The translations under genes were made by a program, and so were the position numbers. The notes below the pieces were generated by a model. That model was not told where the DNA came from. It did not search any database and was given only the letters and a program-made list of their open reading frames with translations. This document shows, one piece after another, positions 1-10,600 of a stretch of DNA of 64,000 nucleotides (position 1 is its first letter; each line of letters starts with the position of its first letter). Origin of the DNA: Patescibacteria group bacterium (GTDB lineage Bacteria > Patescibacteriota > Patescibacteriia > UBA2591 > JAQUPP01). The stretch spans positions 477,046 through 541,045 of the forward strand of contig JAQUPP010000001.1 in the NCBI GenBank assembly GCA_028716665.1, read 5' to 3'.

Positions 1-1155
1 ATCGGTATCACGGCTATTATTTTGGTTATGTCTTTGGGAAGGGGAGCGCAAAATTTAATTTTGGGACAGATTCAGAGCATGGGTTCAAAAACAATTGCCA
101 TTGCTCCGGGCCGCCAACCCAGCGGTATGACTGATTCGCTTAACACTTTCACCGATTCGTTGAAAAATAAAGATGTGGAAGATTTGCAAAAAAAATCCAA
201 TGTGCCGCATTTGGCTAAAATTATGCCCATAGTTTTCGGTTCGGAATCGGCCACTCGGGAAAATAAAATTCACCAAACTACGATTTTCGGTGTTAATAAT
301 TTTTTCACTCAAATTTATGATATTTATCCGGAAGAAGGACGCATTTTTACCGACGAAGAAATCGCTTCCAAATCAGCCGTGGTGATTATCGGCTCAAAAA
401 TCAAAGAAAAATTATTTGAAACCGACGAACAAGTTTTAGGCCAAAAAATAAAAGTTAAAAATCAGAATTTGCGCATTATCGGAGTTCTGCCCAAAAAAGG
501 ACAATTTTCTTTTATCAGTTTTGATGATGCTTTAATCGTTCCTTATTCAACCGCTCAGCAATATATTTTCGGCATTAAATATTATAATCGTCTTGTTGTG
601 GAAGTTGACGAAGAAAAGAATGTTGATCGGACAATTGAAGATATTAAAATAACATTGCGCAATAATCACAATATTACCGATCCGGACAAAGACGATTTTT
701 TTCTTGAAACGCAAGCTCAAGTAATGGAAATGGTTGGAACGGTAATGAATACTTTAACTCTTTTCTTGACAGCCATGGCTGCTATTTCTTTGGTTGTCGG
801 CGGGGTCGGGATTATGAATATAATGTTGGTTTCGGTTACGGAAAGAACTCATGAAATTGGTTTGCGAAAAGCATTGGGCGCGACCAATCAGGATATTTTA
901 AGTCAGTTTTTGATAGAATCTATGATGCTGACAATCATCGGTGGAATTATCGGCATTCTTTTGGGAGCGGGTTTTTCGTTTTTGATTTCATTGATTTTGT
1001 CAAAAATAATGGCTTTGAATTGGACTTTCGCTTTTCCTGTTTCCGGCGCTTTACTCGGTTTGGGGGTCTCGGCCTTTGTCGGTTTAGTTTTTGGAATTTA
1101 TCCGGCTCGCCGAGCATCTTTGAAAAATCCGATTGAAGCCCTGCGTTATGAGTAA
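1..1155 (+). CDS. MacB/FtsX-family ABC transporter permease (5'-truncated by window edge)
   Basis: Frame is open from base 1; periplasmic MacB-PCD region, then the C-terminal 'GGVGIMNIMLVSVTERTHEIGLRKALGA...P.EALRYE' signature. Confidence 0.92.
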   Translation: MGITAIILVMSLGRGAQNLILGQIQSMGSKTIAIAPGRQPSGMTDSLNTFTDSLKNKDVEDLQKKSNVPHLAKIMPIVFGSESATRENKIHQTTIFGVNNFFTQIYDIYPEEGRIFTDEEIASKSAVVIIGSKIKEKLFETDEQVLGQKIKVKNQNLRIIGVLPKKGQFSFISFDDALIVPYSTAQQYIFGIKYYNRLVVEVDEEKNVDRTIEDIKITLRNNHNITDPDKDDFFLETQAQVMEMVGTVMNTLTLFLTAMAAISLVVGGVGIMNIMLVSVTERTHEIGLRKALGATNQDILSQFLIESMMLTIIGGIIGILLGAGFSFLISLILSKIMALNWTFAFPVSGALLGLGVSAFVGLVFGIYPARRASLKNPIEALRYE

Positions 1156-1176
1156 ATTTAATGTTTTTTATATTTT

Positions 1177-1204
1177 AAAGAGTAGACAAAAACTACTCTT
1201 TTTT
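1177..1204 (+). terminator. Intrinsic terminator
   Basis: AAAGAGTAG/CTACTCTTT stem followed by a T-run after the permease. Confidence 0.7.
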
Positions 1205-1218
1205 ATTTTTTAAAAATA

Positions 1219-1254
1219 TACACTTATTTCACACGGCCGTGTGAAATAAGTGTA
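1219..1254. repeat. Perfect 36-bp palindrome
   Basis: TACACTTATTTCACACGG|CCGTGTGAAATAAGTGTA. Confidence 0.9.
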
Positions 1255-1454
1255 CAAATAAATGATGCAAAAGCTGTTAATAACTTTTTTGACAATTATC
1301 GAAAAAGGTATATATTGAAAAAGTAGCCCTGTAGTTAATATAATTTAATATTACGCATCTATATATGATGCGCGGTCGAGTTCAGGGAAATTAATTTAAA
1401 AGAGTTGCGCTTATAAGTGTTAAAACTTACCCGCGCATAAAATGTTAGAGTTAT

Positions 1455-1808
1455 ATGGAAAAGAAACTTTACATCGGAAATTTATCATATAATCTTACTG
1501 AAGATCAATTGAAAGAAACTTTCGGCCAGGCCGGAACAGTTGTCTCAGCGAGTATTATTACCGATAAATATTCTGGTAGAAGCAAAGGATTCGGTTTTGT
1601 GGAAATGTCCACAGAAGACGAAGCCGCAAAAGCTATCGAAATGTTTAACAATAAAGAAATGGACGGTCGCAGTCTCAAGGTTAGCGAAGCTAGACCAAGA
1701 GAAGAAAGACCAAGAACCAGTGGTGGAAGCAGAGGCGGATATGGTGGTGGAAGCCGCGGTGGATACGGCGGTGGAAGCAGCAGAGGCGGATACGGCAGAG
1801 ACAATTAG
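1455..1808 (+). CDS. RRM-domain RNA-binding protein with Gly/Arg-rich tail
   Basis: RNP2 'LYIGNL', RNP1 'KGFGFVEM', three GGSRGGYG-type repeats. Confidence 0.95.
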   Translation: MEKKLYIGNLSYNLTEDQLKETFGQAGTVVSASIITDKYSGRSKGFGFVEMSTEDEAAKAIEMFNNKEMDGRSLKVSEARPREERPRTSGGSRGGYGGGSRGGYGGGSSRGGYGRDN

Positions 1809-1833
1809 TCCACAGAACGTAAATTCGTTTAGC

Positions 1834-1860
1834 AAAGAGCGAGTCATAGACTCGCTCTTT
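1834..1860 (+). terminator. Intrinsic terminator
   Basis: AAAGAGCGAGTC-ata-GACTCGCTCTTT. Confidence 0.75.
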
Positions 1861-1909
1861 GTATTTTTGAAAAATTGACTGTTGTTGATTTTTAATGTAA
1901 GATAAAGAC

Positions 1910-2179
1910 ATGGAATCAAAAAAATATATTTCAATTGAAGAAGCCAAACAAATAGGCGAATCATTGGGAATTGATTGGACTAAATTTGATGTTGAGCAAT
2001 TTAGAATGGGAATGGATGTGGAGTTGGAACACGGCTTGCAAGATGATCACACCAATGTGACTAATGATGATTTGTTTACAACCGGTAAAATTGCCTTGGC
2101 GCATTTAAATGAATTTCCAGATTATTACACCAGGTTGGATAAAATGGAAAAAGAAGCAGATGTTTTTTGGGGGAAGTAG
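1910..2179 (+). CDS. DUF5661-like small protein
   Basis: 'FRMGMDVELEHG...TNVTNDD...KIALAHLNEFPDYYTRL' motif recognised from memory. Confidence 0.75.
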   Translation: MESKKYISIEEAKQIGESLGIDWTKFDVEQFRMGMDVELEHGLQDDHTNVTNDDLFTTGKIALAHLNEFPDYYTRLDKMEKEADVFWGK

Positions 2180-2209
2180 ATAAGTTAATAAGTAGATAAG
2201 CTGATAAGT

Positions 2210-3124
2210 ATGTTCAAAAAAAGATTAATAATATTAAGTCCGTTAATTTTGGTGGTTATTATTTTAATTTTGAGATTTTTAATCGGCGGACCGGAAGATA
2301 ATTGGATTTGTTCAAATGGCGGGTGGGTGAAACACGGAAATCCGTCAGCGTCAATGCCGACTCAATCGTGCGGCGATGCTTTAAAAAATAATCAACAGAC
2401 AGAAAATAAAATTACTGACATAAAAGTGACAAAACCTCAGCCCAATGAAATTATTTCCAGTCCTTTGGAAATTGAAGGCGAGGCGCGGGGAACTTGGTTT
2501 TTTGAAGCAAGTTTTCCAGTCAAACTTTTGGATTCTTCGGGCGCGGAAATTGCCAAAGGAATTGCTCAAGCTAAAAGCGACTGGATGACGGAAGATTTTG
2601 TGCCCTTTACCGCCACCTTACAGTTTAACGTACCTGTTGAAACCAAAGGAATTTTAATTTTGGAAAAAGATAATCCTTCGGGTTTGCCGGAAAATGCCGA
2701 TGAGCTGCGAGTGCCGGTTATTATCGCTTCAACTGAAATGACGACAATCAGAGTTTATTTCAATAATAATAAATTAGATCCGGAAATTTCCTGCAATAAA
2801 GTTTTTTCGGTTGAAAGAAAAATTATTAAAACAGAAGCAATCGGACGCGCTGCTTTGGAAGAATTGTTAAAAGGGGCGACTGAAGAGGAAAAAGCGCAAG
2901 GATTTTTTTCCAGTATCAATTCGGGCGTAAAAATTCAAAAATTAATCATTGATAATGGAACGGCAAAAATTGATTTTGACAAGCAATTGGAATTTCAAGT
3001 TGGCGGTTCTTGTCGGGTATCAGCCATCAGAGCCCAAATTGTTGAAACATTAAAACAATTTCCGACTGTTAAAAACGTGGTTATTTCCATTGACGGCCGA
3101 ATTGAAGACATTTTACAGCCATAA
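2210..3124 (+). CDS. Membrane-anchored Gmad2 Ig-like plus GerMN domain protein
   Basis: N-terminal TM; 'GEARGTWFFEASFPV' (Gmad2); 'ALEELLKG...GGSCRVSAIRAQI..TLKQFPTV' (GerMN). Confidence 0.85.
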   Translation: MFKKRLIILSPLILVVIILILRFLIGGPEDNWICSNGGWVKHGNPSASMPTQSCGDALKNNQQTENKITDIKVTKPQPNEIISSPLEIEGEARGTWFFEASFPVKLLDSSGAEIAKGIAQAKSDWMTEDFVPFTATLQFNVPVETKGILILEKDNPSGLPENADELRVPVIIASTEMTTIRVYFNNNKLDPEISCNKVFSVERKIIKTEAIGRAALEELLKGATEEEKAQGFFSSINSGVKIQKLIIDNGTAKIDFDKQLEFQVGGSCRVSAIRAQIVETLKQFPTVKNVVISIDGRIEDILQP

Positions 3125-3140
3125 AAATAAAATTAGATAA

Positions 3141-3180
3141 AATTAAAAACCCTGCAATTTTTTTGCAAGGTTTTGTGTTT
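3141..3180. repeat. 40-bp direct repeat copy 1 containing a terminator hairpin
   Basis: AATTAAAAACCCTGCAATTTTTTTGCAAGGTTTTGTGTTT; 39/40 identical to 3538-3577. Confidence 0.9.
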
Positions 3181-3184
3181 GCGT

Positions 3185-3427
3185 TTATTTCAAAATAAAC
3201 GAGGTAACAGATGATTTTATGTTTTCTATGCTATGAATCTTCTCCGCTATAAGCTGTCCTATTATCCCTATATTTTCACCTTCAACTTTGGCGATAAAAT
3301 CATAAATGCCACTTGTTAAATGTGCCTCCCTTACTCCCTCGATAAGGCGTAATGCTTTTAATACCTTTTCTTGCGCCTCTTCGGACACCGTTGGCGCCTT
3401 TATCTGGACATAGGCTGATATACCCAT
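3185..3427 (-). CDS. Stand-alone Lrp/AsnC ligand-binding (RAM) domain protein
   Basis: 'AYVQI...GVREAHLTSGIYDFIAKVE...I..IENIKSSVT' pattern; SD AAGGAGG. Confidence 0.8.
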   Translation of the reverse strand: MGISAYVQIKAPTVSEEAQEKVLKALRLIEGVREAHLTSGIYDFIAKVEGENIGIIGQLIAEKIHSIENIKSSVTSFILK

Positions 3428-3537
3428 TTCTCCCTCCTTTTTTAATTTGATAGATTTTTATAATATAAATATTATCATATTATAAATTTTTGTCAAGACT
3501 TTATATTTAGAATTTATAAAATAATTTTTGGCAAATG

Positions 3538-3577
3538 AATTAAAAACCCTGCAATTTTTTTGCAGGGTTTTGTGTTT
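3538..3577. repeat. 40-bp direct repeat copy 2 containing a terminator hairpin
   Basis: AATTAAAAACCCTGCAATTTTTTTGCAGGGTTTTGTGTTT. Confidence 0.9.
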
Positions 3578-3578
3578 T

Positions 3579-4298
3579 TTAAGAAATTAAGCTTTCAATT
3601 CTTAACATAAGAGCAAAGCAACGTCTATTCATATGGTCGACGTAAAGGAATTCACAGTTTCGGCAATCAGCGCAAAATGAACTGTAGGGAGTGCCACACA
3701 TTCTTACTCCCAGAATCGGCGGATTCATTTTATTCCAGCGACTCATTATTTCTATCATGAATTCCGGTTTAAGCACGTAACAGTGGTTTAGAATATGCTT
3801 ATTCAGTTTGTATTTTTTCAAATCAGGAACATTTTCTTTGTTGTAATAACGCATAAAAGTCATCACTACCGGAATTTGGTGTTTTACCCAATAATATTTA
3901 ACCGCTTCATCGGCCTCTTCCAAATTATTGGTGGCCAAACGAAAACGGACAAACATTATGTTTGGGGGAGGGGAATCAACCAAAATTAATTTATGACCAT
4001 TACAGGTGAAAACAACCGGTCCGGGAAAATCAAATTTAGGAATTGAGGTATTGTAGAATTTATTGGGGAAATCTTTAGTTTTCCTGATAACCAATTCTCT
4101 CTGGATATTGGAATCGTGTCCGGAATTAACGCGGACAAGTTTGAATATTGCCTCTTTTTTCGTCGGTATCAGTGGCGTGTCAAGGGGGCGGTAAAATGCG
4201 CCATTATAAAAACATTCAGGGCATTTATTGGGGCATTTACCGGTTTGGGGAATACATTCAATTAAATTTGAACCAACTAATTTTGGATTAGTATCCAT
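3579..4298 (-). CDS. Putative Fe-S / radical-SAM-like protein
   Basis: CxxxCxxC (CPNKCPEC-FY) near the N-terminus and C-terminal C..CxxCxxC; SD AGGAGG. Confidence 0.55.
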   Translation of the reverse strand: MDTNPKLVGSNLIECIPQTGKCPNKCPECFYNGAFYRPLDTPLIPTKKEAIFKLVRVNSGHDSNIQRELVIRKTKDFPNKFYNTSIPKFDFPGPVVFTCNGHKLILVDSPPPNIMFVRFRLATNNLEEADEAVKYYWVKHQIPVVMTFMRYYNKENVPDLKKYKLNKHILNHCYVLKPEFMIEIMSRWNKMNPPILGVRMCGTPYSSFCADCRNCEFLYVDHMNRRCFALMLRIESLIS

Positions 4299-4393
4299 TT
4301 TTTCCTCCTATTTTTTTCAAGAACTGTCTTAATAAAAACATATTTTTTGATTTTTGTCAACCCTTTTGAATTTATGATTTTGACTACTCAGAG

Positions 4394-4402
4394 TTATCCA
4401 CA
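4394..4402 (+). promoter_or_regulatory. DnaA-box consensus TTATCCACA upstream of a TG-C-TATAAT promoter
   Basis: Exact 9-mer; extended -10 at about 4430-4438. Confidence 0.45.
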
Positions 4403-4602
4403 ATTGTCCCCACCCTCTCATTTTTAAAGTGCTATAATAAAAGGACATTAAACTTTATATTTTATTTATTTGGAAAAGCAAATTAATTTTGTTTTTCTTT
4501 CATTCATTTATAAAATAAAACAAGGTTATTTAAATTCAGGGGGAGTTTTACTAATTAGAAATTTTATATATATTTTTATTAAATTTATTTTTTAGAAAAA
4601 CT

Positions 4603-7600
4603 ATGAGCAACACAAAAAAGTTTTTTTCAATTTTCGTGACAGCCACAACCATTTTGTGGTCAATGGGGCTGCCAACATTAGCAGGGGCATTAGTACCCAT
4701 AGCCGTAACCAACATTACGGTCTCAACAACTTCCGCGGAAATTACATTTAACGGACAATTTTCCGCAGAGACAAGTCCATCCTCAACAACTGAATTAGGA
4801 AGTGTAACCAATTACGCGACAGATTTGCGTAATTTTATTTTTGAAACAGGAGCAGGACTGACAGACAGAACATTAAGTCGATTTAGTCCTTATGATATGT
4901 CAACTCAAAATTTTCAGGCGGGTGAAAATGATTATCGTTTGAGAGTTTACGGTTTGGAAAGTTTGAAATTAAGTGAAGGACAAGCTTGGCAGATGACAGC
5001 CGGAGATATTAAAAATTTAGCTGGAACTCAAACTATAGAAGATTTTACGGCCAATAATACTGTCACTGCTTCTATTGATCCGACTATCAATTATATAATA
5101 AATAATGTTACCGCTGATTCTTGTTATAATTATCCTTGCGGCAACGTCGGTGATGAAGTAACAATTATTGGTTCTAATTTTGCCACCTCCACTGATGCGA
5201 CAGAAATTTTTTGGAATTTTAATGGAGGAAGCGTAACATCCACTCCCGCAACCGCTTCAGCTACTGAGCTCACCACTACAATTCCAACCGGGTTAAATGG
5301 TAAAGTGGATATGGTGATTAGCGATTTAAATACGCATCGTTTTTCGGCTGACTCCAGGCCGTTTATGATTTGGAATAATACGCAAGCCGTATTAATCGGC
5401 AATCTTACTTCAGATACATCTACTGACATAGATCGTGTTCAAGTTGAAGCTTTTGTTCCCGGACAAATGGGAAATGTCGTACCGGGCGAAACTCATTCCA
5501 ATGGAAAATATGCCTTGGTTTTAAATACGACAGGAAGTTATAATATACAATTTGGCACACCGGCCGGCGCGACTTATGTGGCGCCATCCAAGTTAAGCAG
5601 TCAAACTGCCACTGTCGGCTCAGTAACGCAATTGACCACTCAAGCTTTTAGAGCCGCCACTCTTTCGGGTACAGTTAAATCTCCCAGTGGCGCAACACTA
5701 TTGGAAGGCGTAGAAGTGGTGGCGCGTCCTTTTACATGGGATTATGAACAAAGAACAACAACCGGTCCAAACGGAACATGGAAACTTTATGTACCAAATG
5801 ATACAAGCAGCCAATGTTATGAAATTGAAGCCAGACCTAAAGATTATCAAGACAGGGTTTTACAATATAAAAGCGTCAGAACTACTCAATGTTTAACTTC
5901 AGGTCAAACAGCAACAGGTATTAATATTAATTTATCTGCTCAAAATGTTAAGGTAACGATTAAAGCTCCGGGTACTTTAGGCGATACTCCTACGGCAAGT
6001 AATCCTCAGCCGGGTTTGCCGGTGCCTTATGCCAGTGTTGGTCTTCATACCATGGATTGGAGTTATCAACAATGGGTTCAAGCTGATGCTGACGGTGTGG
6101 CTTATTTTGGGGGAGCAACTGATAGTACTCATTATATTTTAGAACTTGAGCCGCCATATAGCGGTGATTTCAGAAGTTATCCAAGAACAAGAACTGCGGA
6201 ATTTGCCATTGATGTTACGGATGGACAAATCACTGATTTGGGAGTTAAAACTTTTGCTTTGCCAAATGTTTTTGGAAAAGTAAAATGCGGGGGCGTAGCA
6301 ACAGTCGCTTGGATAAATATGAATAAAGATGGTTCTTGGTATGGTGTAAATACTGATGATAGCGGTAATTTCTCTCTTGGCGGCGTGGCGATTGGTACTT
6401 ACAATCTCCAAATTCAACCGGCAAGCGGCAGTACTTGCGCCAGCGGAAATTTTTCCGTTTCCATTACTTCAACTACATCTAATGATTTGAAAGATCAAGC
6501 TGATACTCTTGATGGTGTTGACGATGACGCGTTTACTTTATCAGCACCCAATGTGACAGGTGTAATTAAAGATCCAACCAATACAACCGGACAAAGCGGA
6601 GTTTGGATTAATTTTTGTCCTCATCAAATACCAGGTATGTGCTATGGCGCCAACACGCAAAGTGACGGAACATTCAGTTCAAACGTTCCATCTGGCAATT
6701 GGGATTTAAATGTTAACATTCAATACGGCAGTCTTTATGCTGCGCCGCAAGGCATGGTAATAACTGTTGCCGGCACTACTATTACTGAGACATCAGATCC
6801 GGGCACTGCTTTAACAATTGCTAACAATAGTTTACTTATTTTATTAAGCGATCCGTCAGTTAATGGTTTAACCGGTCGTGTTTGTAAACCAAAACATGAT
6901 GATAATTCAGCTGTGACTCAAGCCGAATGCGATGATCCAGCTGGTTATCCTGATATTGGCGCAACTAATGTTGGTATTAATATGCGATCACAAGGTTCAA
7001 TGTCAGGTTCTCAATGGTCACAAACAGATGCTAGTGGTAATTATGCTATTGGCGGCGTGGCAGTTGGAACTTATGAAATAGAAGCAAATCCTTGGAATGG
7101 TTGCGGCAGTATTAATTGCGGGAGAAAACTTGTTCAAAATGTTACAGTTACCAGCTCTCAAGCAAGTAGAAGAAAAAATATAATTTTAAGCACTCCGAAT
7201 ATTACCGGTACGGTTGTTATTCCAAATACCAGCACAACAGTGGCTAATGCTTGGATTAATTTTCATATTGAAGGACCAATGCAGGGCGGTACTACCGGTG
7301 GTTGGTATGGCACAAACACTAATCAAAACGGTCAATTCTCTTTTGGCGGTGTAGCTGCCGGAACCTATGCTTTGGAAATTGAAGCTCCTCGTTGGGGTTC
7401 AGCCGAAGAACAGGCTGTTTATCGAAATTATTCAACAAAAAAATATTCTAATATTACAATTTCTTCCGCGGTGGCGGCCGGAACTGATAGTTTAGATTTG
7501 GGCACGACTTATGGAACTGATGGAAAACTTATTCTCGGCACGCCGCAAGTTACAGGAAGAGTAATGAATCCGGGTGCGGACGGTATTGCCGAAACCGCAG

Positions 7601-10600
7601 ATGATCAACCGGTTCAATGGTCTTGGATTATGATTCATGATCAAATGTGGCAAAATCAGGGTGGTTCTTCAACTGATGATCAGGGTTATTTTCGAATCGG
7701 CGGTTTGGATGATGCCACCGGATTATCCATGGAAATTAACTTGCCTTCAGGTGGCGATAAAGCTTGGATCCAACCAAGCGGTTTAACGGTTGATATTGTT
7801 AATGATGTAGGCACGGTCAAATTATCCAACGTGACTCAGGCGAATAATTTAGTTACTTTAACCACTCCGACAAAAACTTTAACCGGTACAGTAACTAAAA
7901 AAGGCAGTGGTGCGGTAGTAGCTAACGCGCGTGTTCAAGCTAACCGCGATATGGGTGGTGGATTTTTTGAAACATTAACTGATGCGAATGGTACATATAC
8001 TTTAAAACTTGCCGGCGGCGGTTGGTGGTTGGGAGTGAATCCGGATTGGAGCATGGGTCAGCCGGATTGGGTTTATAATGAAGCGCAAAAGAAAATTACT
8101 TTTACCGAAGATAGCATCGCAGAATGCCGCGGTACAGAAGCAACTTGTCCGGGAGGCGCAACCATACTTGATGTTGGTTTAGATTTTGAAGTTAAAGTGG
8201 CTGATGCTATTATTACCGGTTTGGTTAAAGATCCAACCGGAGCTACGGCGATTGCCAATTCTTGGGTAATGGCTAATAGCGGCGGCATGATGGGTGGAGG
8301 CAATGGTACTAATACTGATTCTGACGGACGCTTTACTTTTAAAGTTCCGGCAGGCACTTATGATTTAGTGGCAAATCCGAACTGGGGTGAACAGGGCCAA
8401 AGTTATGGCGGTTCCACTCCGGTTAAAATCAAAGCCATCTCCGAACAAACAACTGATGCGGGTACACTTATTTTGACAGCAAAAAATTCACATATTAAGG
8501 GAACTGTCACTGATTCAGCCGGTAATGCGATTGGCAGTGTAATGGTTAATGCTTGGCAGATGAACGGACCGGGCTGGGCTAACACACAAACAGATTCCAA
8601 TACGGGCAGATTTGATTTAATAGTCAGTGAAGGAAATTGGGGTGTAATGATTATGCCAATGTCAACTCAATATATTTATCAAGGCGGTCCGCAACAAGTA
8701 ACAATAACCGCCAATCAAACTTCTGATAATAATGACTTTTTATTAAAAGTAGCTGATGGTTTGCTTAAAATAAATATAGTAGATGCCGAAGATAATCGTA
8801 TTTCTGATATTTGGGGTGGTGTTTGGGTTAAAGATACGGATCCGACAGTTAATGATTTTATTGATTTCGGTGATCCGAAAATGATGCAAGGCGGAAGCGG
8901 CGATGCGGGAGCCGGTGGTACGGCAGGCAGTGGTGGCGGAGCAATGGGAGCTGGTATGGATAAAGGCGGTTTTGCCGGCGGAGGATTAGCCAATGGTTAT
9001 ACTGAAATTAAAGTTCCACTTGGCAGTTATGAACTGGGTTTAAATACACCTCCGGGTTCCAAATATACTTTAACTGCGACCAAGACTGTTGTCGTCGGTG
9101 AAGATGATACTTGTACAGATGAAACAACCGGATGCAAAGAAATTACTTTAGTGGTGGCGCCGAATAATGCCACGATTGAAGGTAAATTTTATCTTGATAC
9201 CAACAGCGACGGTTCTTATACCGCAGGAACAGATACGGTTGTGACCGGAGTTCGTGCTTTTATCAATGGTGATAAAGAAAATGGCGGCTGGTCGCAAACA
9301 GAATTTGCTCCAAATAGCGTTACAGATAAATATTCATTAAAAGTTTCGGCAGGCAGTTGGTACGTTGACGCATTTATTGATCCAATGATGAATTTTGGTG
9401 CAGAGAATGATAAATATAAAATAGTAGCCGAAGATATAAAAACAATCGTTAGCGCTGGAGATGCTGAAGATGACGCAGATCCAATCACTCGAAATTTCCA
9501 ACTTAAAAAACTTGATAAAACAATCAGCGGTACAATTACGGATCCGGATGATGTTGGTATGAGCGGAGTTTGGGTCTATGCTGATTTCGGCGATGAAACA
9601 ACCAAAGATGATTTCAAGGGTCCGGGCGGTTTAGGTGTTGGTACTTTTACGAGCAATGACGGTACTTATACTTTAAATGTTACCAGTGGTACTTTCAAAA
9701 TTGGCGCCGGTATTCCGCCATGGGATGCGAGAGATTTGATTAATCCGCCTTTACTTAGCGTAACGGTTGGTGATACTAATGTAACTGGCAAAGATCTTCA
9801 ATTCAGTTTGTCAGATGCCACTATCACCGGTGAAGTTACTTTAGGTGGTACTAAAGAACAGGCCATGATACAAGCTTGGTCTGATGATAAAGGAACCGGT
9901 ACAATGGCTTCTGATGGCACTTATACTTTAAAGGTTAAGTCCGGTGAAACATGGAATGTAAAAGCCACGGCCAAAATTGAAGGAATTCTTTATGAAAGCG
10001 CCGCGACCGAAGTTGTAACTGTAGTTGGCGCTCAAACTCAGAATTTAATTCTTGTCACTACGGGTGTTGCTGTTCCTGAATCAAAGACTACAACCTTTAG
10101 CGCTACTGACAGTAAAACTATTGAACTTACAAATGGTTTAAAACTTGAAATTCCGGCCGGAGCTTTAGCCAGTAGCGGTACAGTGACCGTAACTATCACA
10201 CCGACTGTTGGCGAGGAAAATCAAACTACGGTATCAGTTAAACCTGATGCTAAAGATAAACCACTTGGCGTTAACTATGATTTTGTGGCCAAAGATTCCA
10301 ACGGTCAAGAAATTACTCAGTTTGACAGCGATGTGAAAATTACTTTCCCTTATGATCCGGAATTGATTACCGATAATGGATATACAGAGGAAGATATTAC
10401 GCCAAAATATTTTGATGATACCACGAATACATGGGAAAATTATAAATCAGTGGTTCGCGATGCGACTAATAATGTAATAATTGTCACAACAAACCACTTT
10501 ACGCCCGGCGGTATTACCGGGGGAAAATTTGTTACGGCCGGCGAGGAGGATGATGGTGGTGACACCCCAACAGGTGGAAGTACGGGAGGCAGCGGTAATG

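Noticed and set aside
2176-2209. Short degenerate tandem repeats (TAGATAAG-like; also 61140-61195)
   Set aside because: Low-complexity intergenic microsatellites with no spacers; too short to support a functional claim.
3141-3577. Integron cassette array
   Set aside because: The repeats are terminator-like and lack clear attC RYYYAAC/GTTRRRY ends, the genes carry their own promoters, and no IntI is in the window.
4330-4600. Replication origin
   Set aside because: Only one perfect DnaA box and no dnaA/dnaN nearby.
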